A DNA stretch of 64,000 nt from Eledone cirrhosa (GCA_964016885.1 OZ024743.1:20646001-20710000), one strand, 5' to 3'. Shown: positions 22,976 through 37,490, counted from the stretch's first letter. The notes: generated by a model not told the origin, from the sequence alone. Made by a program: numbers and translations.

Positions 22976-24180
22976 GAAAGATGCAATAGCAATCAGTAAC
23001 TTAAAAATATCTATTATGAAATCTGCCTAGGTTAAAGTATCCCAACCTCTATTCACAGACAAAATCAATGCATCTGATGCCACCATTAAATCTACACTTA
23101 ATAGAAATAGTAGGCATCTAGCATTCTTTTCTTGGACACTAAATTCTGCTAAAAAATCATTGCACAATAGAAAGAGATTTATGTAATAGCTGAGGTCATT
23201 TTCATTCTGAGAAATCTGTAGCATATATGTTCAATATAAAACACAATAGTAAGATTATAAATGAGAAAATAATCCACAAACTCGTGCTGTTCTGTCAAGA
23301 AATCTGACATCATCTTGAATATTTTAATGCTGCCAAAGATACACTATTTCATAACTTTTGTTGTGCTGCTTCACAGTAATGCAGGTCCCGATACCATCCT
23401 GCTGTTACAAGTTTTTCACCTTTTCTTCAACTCATTGTATCTATGCATCCCTTTCATTTCATGAGCGTTGATTGTAAATTGTCATTACCATCTGTATGAT
23501 GGAATAAATATCTGTTAGTTGTTGTCAATGAATATTGCTATTTTCTGTTTAATTTTCCAACTGTCATTTCTGGTTTGACTCTATTATTTTTCATTTCTGA
23601 TTTGCCTGGGTGTATCTACGAGATTGAGGAATTTTTTCATGCTTTGCTAACTGAAGATTTTCTTGCATGATAGGGTCACCCAACTAGCAATTTAACTCCA
23701 TACCACTCTAGCAAAAATTGACAGTGTTGGTACCATCTTGAAAACTTTAGAATATTCAGAGTTATCTATCCACACATAGGAACCACTTTAGCATTTGGTG
23801 TCGATCCTATATGTACATACACAGATTATACACCCCATGGGCACTTATTTGACTACCCCATCAAAATAACTGCTAGAGGAATGAGCATGCCACCTTGATT
23901 TACCTCACCCAGAAAGGTTCTGTTGTGAAGGTACATATGTAGTAATGATGGCCCTTTAGTTTAAGAAGTTAAGCTATTAAAATCATCCACAATATGCTCA
24001 CATTTATTTTCCCATTGGTCTAGAAAGTTTCATAGCAATAAGGAACTTCGCCTCATCATGAAATATCCTATATATGGCTAAGGTTAACTATGACAAGAGT
24101 GTTCTAACTGAGAGCATCAGTATTTTTGAAAAGTGCATCGGCTTTTCTAATTTGACTCTTGATAAAGCACCTAGACAGGA

Positions 24181-24880
24181 ATCTGTATCTATCTATCTAT
24201 CTAGGACGGATAAAATTCCCGAGATCCATGGACGAGTTCTCTCCAGCAGTCTCTGTCCCTCATTATCGCTGCCATGTCCTGTGTCTCCAACAGACCAGTG
24301 TCTGTCCTTAGGGCATCAACATACATTAACCTTGGTCTTCCTCTTCCAGTGTGTCCATGCAGGGGCTCCTACAGGGGCACTGAGTGCAGTGTCAACTCTG
24401 GATGTCCAGCTAACCTCAGTCTCCTCTGTGTCACTTTTGAGCTGACTTTTGGGAGGCTCCTATACAGCTTTGAGTTTTTCATCTTCAGTGTATACTGATT
24501 AATGTTCAGAGCCATCCTCAGCATACTCGTGTAGCATCCATCCACCATCTGAGTGAGCTTCTTGGTCAGTGTCCAAGTCTCAGACCCGTACAGCAGCACA
24601 GACTCCACTACAGCAATGAAGAGGCGGATCTTCAGGTATTTACGAAGGTCCGACTTCCACACCGATCTCAAACTGTGGTACACTGCCCAGGCTTTGTTCT
24701 TCCTCTCAACCACATCATCTTCCATATTCCCAATCCTTGCTCCCAAATACAGGAAGTCCTCAACTAATTCCAGCGGCTTCCCGCCTACATTAGTAATTCC
24801 CTCTGGCTTCTCAACATTCTCTACCAGACATTTTGTCTTAGTCTCATTCATTCTCAGCCCCACACTCATCGACACTACAA
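24181..24880 (-). mobile_element. 5'-truncated RTE-like LINE (RT C-terminus) with (TAGA)n tail
   Basis: ORF 24369-24893: GLRMNETKTK..VEDFLYLGA..LLYGSETWTLT..RRLRLAGH. Confidence 0.9.
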
Positions 24881-26594
24881 AATAATTAACCATTTATGAA
24901 ATTTGTTAAGAAATCCAGTTACACTTGAATATTTTGTATGATATGATTATACATTAAAATATTGAAATTTTGAGATATTTCTTGTATGTAATTTTATAGT
25001 TAGAGGTGGGGAGTTGATGTATTAAGTTCATGTAAGTAATGTTGTAAATTTCTTAGATAAATCTCTACTACTGGCTACTGATGCTATAAATACCCTTGTA
25101 AACTGGTATCTCTACAGTCTGTAAGTAAATGCCATTAGATGTTTAGTAAATTAAAACCTGGTTTCAACTGACTTTTTTTCTTTGGTTATTCATAATTGAT
25201 ACTTTCTGCTTAAGCCATAATAGTCATTTCCTCTTCATCTTCTTAATTTCTTCAACCATCTGAGGCCTTCATATGTCTTATGAAACCATGGATCCACACC
25301 CAAAAAGTTCCTTTCCAATGTGCAGGCATTGGCAAGTTTTATATATATGTATATATATTTTTTTAAGATCAGTTATCCTTGATGCATGCATGTCTTCCCT
25401 CTCCCTGCCACAGGTACAGTCCAAGGTAAAAGAAAGGGCTGATATAGCTTGGCACTAGTAATGCAGCAGGTGAACCTCAGAACACAAAAGAACCAAAGGA
25501 TATACCATAGGACATTACATTTGATGCTCTAACAATGTTGTCAATACACCACACTCAACTGAAAAGATGAAATGCAATGCTGGCATTGGCAGGATTTGAA
25601 CTTAGACTGCAGAGATTTGGAACACATGTTGCAAGGCATTTCCTACCCTCCAATCATATAAAAAAAGTTAATCTTTTCCTATATTCAGTCTGTGTTTGTT
25701 TAAATTTCTCAAATTAACCTTAATTTGTGAAATGCTTCAAGGATTGCATTTATTAAAATATCCAATGACAAATGTAAATCATAACTTGTAACGATAGAGG
25801 GGAAATAAAAACAATCCTATCATAACAAAAAAATTAAAATTGATCATAAAATTTATTCAATCATTGTATATACAAATGTCTATAAAAATGATTTTATGGT
25901 ACTTTTATAATTGCTAAACATTATCAATCTTCAGATTACTTTAATCTTAAATAGATAAATTTTAAAAATGGTTGACACTTTTCATTTAATTATAAACTTC
26001 CAATATCCTGGTATTAGTTAGTGCTATAGTAGAGATCTCATTACAAAATCAATGCAACAGATGCTGCTAATCATATTAAGGTTCTTTTTAACAGAAATAT
26101 TTCATTCACTGATATGGAATATTAAAATCAATGTATTTAAATGGTAAAATAAAATTCTTCATGCAGCATATAATTAAACATTTAGAATTCTATATAACAA
26201 ATTTAATTAAGTAACAAAATATGTTGTTATTATATATAAATTAAATTTATTCACCTGATTAATTCGTTCAGTCACTCATGAACTCTAATTAATTTCAGTC
26301 ATGTATATTTAAACTATTTGAAGAACTGAATCCACTTCATTTCACAATACCATTAAAAATGATATCAAATTATTTAAACCGCTAAACAAAATTCATAGAA
26401 AATTATAAAATTTGTTAATAGTTATAAACTGTACATGCTTAAAGTGAAATTGTTGTTGATATTGTCTACGTTTAGAGCTTTGTTGCTCCACAAAATAAGT
26501 AACAGAGTCCTAAAATATATTCTCTCGAATTTTGATATTTATATATGTAAATAGAACATATTTTAAGAGAATAAATTTCCTGATTTTTTTTCAG

Positions 26595-26612
26595 TTCTAA
26601 CCTGGAAGACAG
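26595..26612 (+). CDS. Candidate 18-nt microexon (phase 2-2), SNLED
   Basis: CTGATTTTTTTTCAG|TTCTAACCTGGAAGACAG|GTAAAT; frame-preserving and in phase with the upstream exon. Confidence 0.55.
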
Positions 26613-29600
26613 GTAAATTATTCATTCTTCTTTATTTTTAATATATTGGCTCATTTCAAATATTTTTGCTGTTATATACTTGCCTTTAGATTTTTTCCTC
26701 GCTCAATAAATTTATTATTTTATTTTTAATGTTATCACTAAAATACAAACATTAAATTTAAACTATGTGTCTCATGTGTCCATTACGGAAGTGAGGAATC
26801 ATTGAAAACCTCTTGCTTTCAAAGACATGTCAATAGAATAGAATTTATAAATATGAAGTCAGTATTTATAACTTAATTGAAATCTGTTAGAAACTTATTC
26901 ATCATAAAAAGTTGCCTATTGAAAAGTGATAATAGAAGTTTTATAACAAAAAAAAAAAAAAAAACTATTATATTTAAATCTTTTTCATTTTAATCTTTTG
27001 CTGGTCTTAATTTAGGTTTAATATATTTTTGGAGGCTACGATTTCAGAGATAAATTTTATATTCGTTTCTTTGTGGGAAAAAACACATTGGTTTTAAATT
27101 TTATGTTTAAAAAGAAATATTTTTTATAAAAGGGAAGTATTATTTGATTACTTCGTAGGACAGCATCATTTTGCCTTGCACAATGTAAATTAATTCTAAA
27201 TTAATAAAATGTTAACTCTTTAGGCATTTCCCATACATTAGTGAGAAAAATGCATTGAAACTCCAGTGATAGTAACAATTCGGTAACATTGGAAGAACAT
27301 GTTTCTTGCATGAGTATTTTTAAAATTGCAAAATAATTCATTATCAAATTTCTTGATCAACCTTAAACTAGATGGTTTGTCTTTCCTATGAATTTAAATG
27401 AAACTTAGTGAATAATTTGTTATAATTAAAAACATGAAGATTTTCCAAGCATTAAATTTACTTAATTCAGTTCAATTCTCCTTTTCAATTAAATGCATAG
27501 GATCATTTTGCTTGAAATAATAGCATTACTGCATATGCTAATTAGTTAAATCAAGAAAGGAATCAATAAAACTATAAGTAAATTTATAATGTCATACCTG
27601 CCTTACTATACAAATTAAGGCAAAAGCCACGTTTCAATATAGTACTTATTAAACTTTACATGTAATTTTAAATATTTCATGACAATAAGAGAGATTATTA
27701 CTTAGAATTGGAAAATATTGTTTGTCAGGAACGACGTATATTTTTTATGCTATGAAAATGCAAGTTTCCTACATAATATAGCTGTTTTATATTGAAGTGA
27801 AGAAATATTCAATATTGATTGGTAGAAACCAATTAGGAAAAATATTTTTGAAGTCTTGTTGACTTTGCAAGAAAAAAGAGAGAAATCATAAAACTTTACT
27901 TAATACTTACAGAAGCTGGTTTCAATCGACTAGCTTGCTTTGTGGGAGGAAAAACAATATTTTGATTCTTCAGAATAAAGTACCATATTGTCATGTAATG
28001 TGAAGTAAAAAAATAAATTAAAGTTTTACTGTGATCAAAAACAAATTGGTAGTTTTTAGAACAAGTAGTATTATATTTAAAAATTTATCTTCAGTAGAGT
28101 GATTCACTTTGGTAGACAGTGTTCAATCCATTTTGGTTTTTAATCATTAAAAAGCTATTGAAAATGCTAAGGTAGTGAAAACCACTCTATTGTAGAAACA
28201 ATATTTCTCATATCTCATCCTCATCGACTCTTCAATATTTTTGTTTCGATTTATTCACTTTGGAAATATTGGGATTTTTTCTTCAAATTTTAATGAACAT
28301 TTTTTATCATATCTTATTGTTTTAACCCTCTCAAATTATAATATTTATAATATTATATGTAATAATATTAAACTATAATATTTATGTGTAGAAAATATGT
28401 TAAAATTCCCCATGCTCTTTAGAAAATGTTATCTATTTCCACTTTAAAAAGATATTTTTCTGTAAGTGTTTTAATAGTGCGTAATATATTATGGCATTAA
28501 TATTTTTGTATCAAAATAGCAGAATAGCCATCACAGTTGATAGGGCAATGCTGATACCATTTATGGAATTGGTAATCTAAATATACACATACATGGGTCT
28601 AAATTCTATTGCACCACAAAATAAGCTGCTACTGACGTTCCTAATATCAATACATCAGCAAGTCAAGGCATATGCTGTATCTCTAAAATTAGAGCTTGTA
28701 TAACAAAACTGATAGTATATTTGATAGTATATAACCAATAAGTTATAACCAACATGTGTGTTGATCAGTATATTTCATAGAAGTGAGAAAATGGGGATAT
28801 ATTACAAAAGAAAGAAATTGACAACATAGTTTACAAAACCAATGATATCCCACCTCCAAATTAGCCAAGAACAATTCTCAGATATAAGTTAGGAAAAACT
28901 GTGTTACTCAGTGTACGAATGAAGTTTAGAATATAAGTATGTACTTTATTATAACCATGAAGCTCCATCATTCTTCTTCTGTATTGAAATTTGCTTCTAT
29001 TTATGTAACCAAATCTAGAATATAAGTATACGTTCATATTAAATTGATCATTTCTCAATTTATACTTCAGTACAAATTTAAATTTTAGTATAAAAATATA
29101 ACCTATTTTATGGAAAGTACCTTAAACATATAAACTATATTTTACCACAGCATTTAAAAATTACTTATGAAATACCTTTCAAATGCTCTATTGACACAGT
29201 GTTTAAACTTGACAGAATAACATCAAATTTCAAATGAAGGTCAACATTTGATAAAGTTGTTCGATGTCAAATTAAAACTTCATTAATTGAAATATCTAAA
29301 TTAAAGGCAAATATTCTAAAATATGATTGAATAACAGTTATTTATGTTAATAAAGAATACAAGTTAATTGAATATTTCTAATGGCTTCTTAAATAGCATG
29401 ATTTTATACCATTTCATAACAATGCTTAAAGTTCCATGGATCTCTGAATTATGAAAAATCTAAGGAAGTAATATCGATTTTAAGAACTGGTTTATTTATT
29501 TTAATTTATGTTCAGACTTGAAAATTCCACTCTAGTCTTAAAAATAATAAATGCTATCATTTTTCTGGAAATATTTAAAAGTTAAAGCTATGTATTGAAT

Positions 29601-30342
29601 ATTTTAAATATTTTTTCATGATGTTTCCGACATCAAATATTTGTACTGATAACCTTTAACCATAATTTCACAGTTATCTTTAGATGTTCTAAAATCAAAG
29701 CAGTATTAAAAGGAGAGGCTATACTAATTTCCTCTTATGCATGAGAAATGACTGCATACATTCACAAACCAATACACATACATATTTTATAATTTATTAT
29801 ATATAATTTAAAGCAATATTAAATGATAGTTTAAATGTTGCCTTTAATTTGTATGTTCAAACTGTACCACATGTATTTCAAACTGCTCATTTCAATTGTC
29901 TACCCAGTAAAGTTTAGAAGCCATTCCACTGGATATTAGTTACTACACCACTGATTTTGACAAATTTATTTTTAATTCCAGAAGCATTTCAGCTGTTATT
30001 GATAATCAACATACAAAGTTTAAAAAAACAATTAGTGTAATAAATCTGAATATTTAAAGTTGGAAGTAATCTTTAATATTTAGTGAAATAAGTAAATGCT
30101 GTTTATTTTATATGTATAGCTTTTATAATTTGTTTTACATGGAAACATAAAATGAAAAATTTAGAATTATGAACATAAAGTAAACAAATATTGATACAAA
30201 ATGTTAGGTCTATAGTCATATCTAAATTTTCATTTCTAAGTTATTGGTTCTTTCAAGTGAAAATACTGCAAGCATGTCATATAATTTTTTCTGTTTGAAC
30301 TAGTCCATAGCTCGATAAAAAAAATGTCAAAATGTTGAATAC

Positions 30343-30344
<2 letters not shown>

Positions 30345-30381
<37 letters not shown>

Positions 30382-30405
30382 GACACACACAGACACAAAC
30401 ACTCA

Positions 30406-30481
<76 letters not shown>

Positions 30482-30496
30482 TGTATGTACGTATGT

Positions 30497-30527
<31 letters not shown>
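30345..30527. repeat. Compound (TA)n-(CA)n-(TA)n microsatellite
   Basis: Direct inspection. Confidence 0.95.
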
Positions 30528-30528
<1 letters not shown>

Positions 30529-31932
30529 CAGCTAAAATTAAGAGATGCAGTTAAATCAAATAAGAAAATATTTAATTGATTTTATTTTTCTACTGAAAAG
30601 TTTCCGCACTTAGCGAACTTTAATAAAATCTAATTAGCGTCTTACAAAGATAAATACTTAACCAATACCAGAAGACAGTATTTCCTCATGAACCCATCCT
30701 CGTGTGAGAATTAAATGTATTTCTGAGAAGCCTTTTTTAAAGAAATACTTCTTGTTTGTTAATGTATGCTAAAACTCGTATTTATACTTTTGTTAAATAT
30801 TCAGTATTCCTATAGCATAGTCAAAAGGGAATTGAAATGGAATTCAAAAGAACTATTAGTTATCAGATTAAGCAAAATGATTGAAAATGTATTCTAAATT
30901 TTGTGAAATGAAGAAAAATGAATATCAAATTGACAGAATTTTTCTTTTTTTTTTTTAAGTTATTGTAAAAGAAAAAGTACCCAGGGACAAGGACATTATT
31001 TTTTGTCCCTTTGACTGTAATATACCAAGTGTCATTGTAGTAGCTATCAGAGTTTTCAATGGTTACTACATAATAATGTATATATTTTCTCCAAGATAAA
31101 GATTAGTCTATTGAATGCTGCACATATGAGAAGAATTTGAGTTCAATAAAATACTGCATCAATTATACAGTTTACATGTTGCTTACATATTTTGTTTTGT
31201 CTTGGGAAAACTAAATTTATTTTAAAATGCCATATACAATAAACATCTTTGTTCTCTTTCTACTTTTCACCTCAGCGCTTCTTTCCATATCTTCTGCTAT
31301 CTTCCTTTGCTATATTTTATAACACCTTTGCACCCATGACTCATTATTCATTGGTTATTGTCCATACCAACAAAGTTATTTCTCTTCCATACACCAGTTG
31401 ATGCCTTTAATGGGAAGCTATTATTTCAACTCAATTGTGCTCTATCTTTCATGCATGGTAATATTACATAACCAATGGAGTATAGTCACTTTATTTTTCC
31501 CTAGCTTCCACATATCTTCTATTTAAAATCTTTATACTCACTAAGATGCAACATCATATTCCTTATGCATTCCTCATTTCACACAGGAATAGAAAACTTT
31601 TGTTGTTGTTATTGTTCAGGTCTAATTGGATATACCCAAAATCACTACCATTCTAGCAGTGATTATTCTGACACTACATATATCTATAACTATATTTTTC
31701 AGTGTATACTTCTGTTTTTAAGATTGTAAGGTGTGAGAATTTGGCTTATATTTCTAACAGTTTCATCAACTACATATAAATCCCCTTTATGGTTTCCAAA
31801 CGTTTACCTATTTTTGCCTCTTACTACTATGCTTACATGACAATTATCTGAAATACTAATTACATATTGGACATAAGAAAAATTTCCTGCTAAATCAAAA
31901 TGAGTTATCTCAACTGTCCATCACTTTCTTAA

Positions 31933-32010
31933 CCTCTTCAGTGCCATAGATGAGATAACGCGTCATAACATATATGCATTCCAGTGCCACAGACTTGTGT
32001 TAACATGTTT
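31933..32010. mobile_element. Terminal fragment of the piggyBac-like MITE family seen at 39554-39778
   Basis: TTAA-CCTCTTCAGTGCCATAGATGAGATAAC...ATGCATTCCAGTGCCACAGA is the reverse complement of ~39716-39782. Confidence 0.7.
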
Positions 32011-32341
32011 GAACACTTTTCCAAAAGTTCATAACTTCAAAGTTATGAACTCGTTTCCAACAGTTCATAACTTCAAAGCTAGATGGGGTTACCAGTTTAT
32101 TGATGTGATGTTTGTCAATCATTCAGATATGTGTTGTTAATAAATGTTTGTTTACAAAAATAGTCATTTTACTAGGAAAAAAAACCCGCACAGCAACCGG
32201 CTGTGTGAAATATATGCGGCAGTCAACATGGGTGTTCATATTGCTAACTATTTCTCTACACCTAACTCTTCTGATCATATTTTGTGTACTCATTGTTTAC
32301 TCTGATCACATAGTAATGAGTTAATAGTTACATATATATCA

Positions 32342-32687
32342 GTGACGGTACATGGCTTAGTGGTTTTTGTTACTGGACTTACAATCATCAAGTCATGATT
32401 TTGGATCAGTGGGCACAATGTGTCTTTTTGTAAGATACTTTCATGTAAGTCCAGTCATCTCAACTGGAGAAAACGAGTTGTGACAACACTGGTACTAAGG
32501 TGTATTAATCTTTGCCTTTCTTGTAGACAATGTAAGTTTTGTGGTAAGAGTAGACATGAATGCATGAGTGACTACTGGTCTTCCACAAAACAACCAGCCC
32601 TGGTTTGTGCCTAGGAGAAACCAACCTATGGTTTGTCAGTCATGAGTGCATAACACATGACCAGTCATGGCCAAAGGTGGGGTAGAC

Positions 32688-32690
<3 letters not shown>
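32342..32690 (+). mobile_element. Family-1 tRNA-SINE, older copy, followed by (CT)n
   Basis: Aligns by eye with 61-352. Confidence 0.75.
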
Positions 32691-32734
<44 letters not shown>

Positions 32735-35339
32735 ATGTATCAAGCAAGGTCACTTTTCAGACAACATTAGTGTTTTGTGCTCTGTATGACTAATTATCAC
32801 TTTGGTCCTTGCTATGCTGACTATTAATCCAATGGACTATATGCCATTCTCCTTTATTCAAATATTTCTACAATGAGAACCAGTTCATAGATATAAAATT
32901 TCTTAAACATAAGAAAATCTTAATAGCCTGTCTTGCAAAAGTAATACCTTTTTATAATGTAGAGGAAGGGGCACAGAGTATATGACACTTTTCAAGGCTT
33001 CCAAGTCTGAAAAAAGAAAATCAGAAAGTTACGTTGAGACAAGAAACCTAGCTAGAATGCTTGCATCAGAGATGATTCTACAAAATGTAGCCAACAGCAA
33101 TGCGGGCATATTAAACTGGGCAACAGATTAAATCTAACACTAAAATTTGATAAGTATTATTTCTCTGTAAAACCCTTCATATTCTTCTATTATCACATGC
33201 TATTGGTGAAGGTTATTGGTGTTATGAGCTTTACAGAAGAAATATATTTGGAAACCCTGCTTCTAATGAAGTGTTTAAATATAATTGTATTATAAAATGG
33301 TATTTGGTGTCTAAAAAAAAATGATAAAGGCCCTAGGGGTACTGTTCTGATATATGACATGTCTTGGGTAATTTAAACCTGGTGGAGCCCATCACTTTCC
33401 TGGTCAGATCAAAATTAATTTCTTCCAAAGAGAGAGAGAAAGAAAGAAATGCAGAGGAAGAATCAACACCAGTAATGGACTGATTCTTTATTTATTGACT
33501 TCAAAAGGATGAAAATTGACCTCATCCAGATTTGAACTGAGTGCAATTAGTCAGAAAAATACTGAGCATGTTTAATCCAACACCCTAATGACTGTCTATT
33601 TACTACCCTATTTGAAGTGTACAGCCTATTAATATTGCCCACCTATGTAAAGCCCATTGAACAACAATAAACAGGCTTTCCTGTTCAATATAAATGTACA
33701 AGCCTATATAGAAGAACACATTCTGGATTAACCTTTGCTTCTGTTTAATGTATTCTATTCAAGAAACATTTATTTCGATGTTGAGTTTTATCTATAATAA
33801 AACAAGACACTTCTTAAATGAACAATTATTCAAAAAAAATCATTAAAAGGATATCTCTTCATTTCAATGAACTTTCTCTTTCTGTTTTGTCAGAATAACT
33901 ATTTCCATTTTTTTAGTGCTGCATTGTGGTGATCTTGTGATGCCCAGGAACAACTTTACAATCGAAAGTAGGGAATTCTGGTGTCTTGTGGCAACTTCAT
34001 AAACAATAAAGAAAAAAAAACAAATCAGCAAGGCTTTTGTATTTGTTCGGGCTGCTATGAATAGATGACAAATCTCTCTCAGATTGCTCTCTGATATCTT
34101 AAAAAGGAAGGAAATGTTGGATGTAGTTTTAGATACACTGTGTCTGAATAGAAAAACAGTATGGTCATACCCATGTGATATTTATAGGATAATATGAGAT
34201 CTGTTATAACATTAGTTGAAATTTATATATGTATATTTTAGATGCAAAATAAGGATTAGATGTAACCAATTGCTACAGTTAAATAAGGTACTGAACAAAG
34301 AAACAAACTATAATTAGGATGGTTAATAGTCTAAGTAAGGTTGTGAGATTTGAAATATATAGGGTTTAAGGTTTGGTGTGTTTTTAATTCATTTTATTTT
34401 AAATACATTTCAACATTTTTGGCCTCAATCTGATATTTGGTGATAGATTCTGGAGTTCAATTACTGTTCTGTATATGTACACATATATCTTAGAAATAGT
34501 TCCTGATATTAAAGTCGTCAAACTAAAGTTAATAATGACGTCTTACTTTCTACATTTCTGTCTCCCGAATGTCATTCAAATAGCAAAACTCAATTCATTT
34601 TAAGGATGCTGTCAGCTAATATATTTCTATCTCCTATTCGACATCATATTTTCATTATAACTTCAGAATATCTAGAGAGAAAACTAGTTTGAATACATTT
34701 AGATTTACTTTTCCATATATGATTCTGCCAAGTATCATTTAGCTAGTCTGGTGTTAGCTTTAGGGAGGGTGTCATTCTTATAAATGATCAAGTAATTGCT
34801 TTATTTATAAGCAAGATCATCAGCTGAAGTACATATCACCTCAATTTTTACTTTTTTCGATTTTACTTGAGATTTACCTAGTTTGGCTCACTCGTTTGAT
34901 ACTTTTGTCTGCTTTTATATTCTCTTTGGCTTATATTTGCTTGAATTTTTTTTTTTTTTTAATTTCCTTATCTATTAATCATTGAATATAATTGGTTGTT
35001 CACTCAGCAATGTTTTCTTTTTTACATACAGAATTATTTACTTATATTTTATATTGCTAACTAGTGTTTGCTATTTTTTATTAAAAATGTTCTTGAATAA
35101 AACAATTCTGTGAATAGAATGTGTATGTAATATATATATATATTGTCTGTGTGTGTATTTATGTATCATCATCATATTCACTGCCTAACGTCCATTTTTC
35201 CATAGTGGCATGAGTTAGACGAGTTATCCTGTTGTGAGCAATGCTAGGTCAGGTGGCCATGTCATGCTCATACAGAACCAGTGTTTTAAAAAGTATATGT
35301 AAAAGGCAAACAGAAATAACAACACAATTGGTACAGTAT

Positions 35340-36060
35340 AGGAAGGAATATATTAGATTAATGCTTGAAATAGCAGGAAGAGGTCTTAGCGTTTTGGATG
35401 CTAGTCCTTCATCTGAAGAAAGAAGGAAGGGATGAGGAGGGTGGAATCAGAAAAAATGTTTTTAGAGAAAAATAACAGGTTCATCCATGTTGCCATCTCT
35501 TTGATGGTGTTTTATGTATAATACACTATTTTAGAAAAGTGGATGATGGAGCACGTCTACCTGAAATGGAAAAAAAAAAACATTTTGTATATAGAGCTAT
35601 ATGCGTGCGTGTGGTTGTGTTGTTATACGTCCATACAAAGTTAAGAGGATATGTGTGTGTATATGTAAATTAAAGAGTGTGTGTGTGCTTGTAAGTATGA
35701 AGCTGTGAGTAAAAGTATGTCAATATAAGGGAGTGTGTGTATACAGAGTTGTGAAGGGAAAAGTAGAATTGTGTGTGCATATACACCCGGAGCTTACCTG
35801 AATTTCCACCAGGAAATCTTTTCGTACCACTGATATTTTCTTTGCTTCTTGCATTATTTAAATATACCATGACTCTTTCTCACTTTTCCTCCAATATACT
35901 CTTCTTACTTCCACCGTCTTCTCACCTGTTTATTTCTCTCTCACCCCAGTACTCTCACAACCTCTCCCCCTATTTGCATCCAATCCTCTGTGCATCTCTC
36001 TAACCTCATCTTCACAGAAACAAAATATAACAGCCACATCACATTTTTAAGTCCCCCACC
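35340..36060. mobile_element. Degenerate Penelope-like fragment(s)
   Basis: Minus strand CAGATGAAGGACTAGCATCCAAAACG (decayed CTGATGA..GAAAC) at ~35383-35420; + strand LTETKYNSHITFL resembling a PLE ORF start at ~36010-36050. Confidence 0.4.
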
Positions 36061-36084
36061 TACCACCCCATTGCCCTACTATAT

Positions 36085-36365
36085 ATCATCATCATCGTTT
36101 AACGATATATATATGTGTGTGTGTGTATATATATATATACCGTCTAACCCATGCTAGCATGGAAAATGGACGGTAAACGATGATGATGATGATGATGATA
36201 TATAAAAGTGTGTGTGTGTGTGTATATATATATATATGTATATATGTATTATCATCATCATCACTGGTTACTGTCCATTTTTCCACGCTAACATGGGTTA
36301 GCTGAGTTGTCGCATCGTGAGACGAGCCAGGACATATGACCATGACATATTCATACACACACACA

Positions 36366-36422
<57 letters not shown>

Positions 36423-36540
36423 GTATACATCATTATCACTATCATTGTTGTTTTAATACCTGCTTTCCCTGCTAGCAAGAGTTGGATGAGTCTACATAGA
36501 TCAAGTCAGTACTGAAGCAGAACCACAGATCTTCCAGTCA
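36085..36540. repeat. Cluster of short RTE 3'-tail insertions in both orientations within (TA)n/(TG)n/(CA)n
   Basis: CATCATCATCGTTTAACG (-), CCCATGCTAGCATGGAAAATGGACGGTAAACGATGATG (+) and further minus-strand tails at 36250 and 36430. Confidence 0.75.
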
Positions 36541-37052
36541 GGCCAGAGATATATATGTGTATGTATATATATGAGACTGTACATATATGTGTATGTATAT
36601 ATATGAGACTCTACAACAACTTGAATCAGCAGTTGGAATATTCCAACCACTTATTCACAGTTATTAAAGACCTGGGGATGATTGGGATTGGAGGAGTTTG
36701 CTCTCACTACTACTATAACAGCCACTGCCTGCAAGGGAGGAATGGGGGAAATGGGCTACTAGCAAAATTCGTTGCTACAATGATGACTCAACATCCAGCG
36801 AGAGTGATGTAAAACTGAGATGGACCAGCACTTCCGCCATAGTTCTAGGACCAACTCAGGGGCTGACTGGTGAAGAAACAACTTCAACACATTTTATATA
36901 TATACTTTATTTCACTAGCCATTGAAAGTTATTTAATTGTTACATAAAATGAAGACTGCAGATTCATGAGGTTATTTCTTACCATAGTTATTGAATCATG
37001 CTAGATTATCTTACTATTTCAGAAATTACTGCTTATAATATATAATCCTCAT

Positions 37053-37490
37053 GGTGGTGGATTGGTAAAATGTAGGATAAAATTCCATTGCAATATTTGT
37101 TCTGCTCCTAACATTTTGAGTTAAGATCACACCAAGGTCAATTTTGTCTTTCATCCTTCTGGAGTCAATAAAATAAAATATCAGTTAATGTGCTGGCCTT
37201 TTGTCTAATTTGGAAATCAACATATTATACTCATGTATGGAGTTTCATCTGTTCTGATATGTTTAATTATTAAGTAATTATCTTGTTGAAAATGAAAAAT
37301 ATAACAGTTAAGAAAACAATTATTTCTAATCTAGGCACAAAATCTACAAAGTATTTGACTGGTATTTTATTTTATCAACTCCAGAAGGATGAAGGAAAAG
37401 TTGACCTAAGCAAGATTTGAACTCAGAATATAAAGAATAGCAACAAATGCTGCAAAGTATTTTATCTGAAGCTCTAATGACTTCGCCTCT
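37053..37490. mobile_element. Two convergent family-2 SINEs (37053-37228 +, 37316-37490 -)
   Basis: Family motifs in opposite orientations. Confidence 0.7.

Larger units (their letters stand above)
19953..25198 (+). mobile_element. Fossil full-length Gypsy LTR retrotransposon with nested insertions
   Basis: Two homologous TGT-starting LTRs (19953-~20127, 25018-~25198) with CTATAAATA and ATTAAA. PPT AGAGGTGGGGAG precedes the 3' LTR. Degenerate RT: IQLEVNRILKEGII..KRRLVV..NKFTYLESYPM (~21715-21895) and AYLDDVTIC (~22120-22150). Confidence 0.8.

Noticed and set aside
23300-23990. Possible old LINE RT remnant (AGPDTI-like)
   Set aside because: Too decayed to assign strand or family by eye.
30805-30819. 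15-nt phase-2 microexon candidate
   Set aside because: Weak donor (GTCAAA) and potential stop at the junction.
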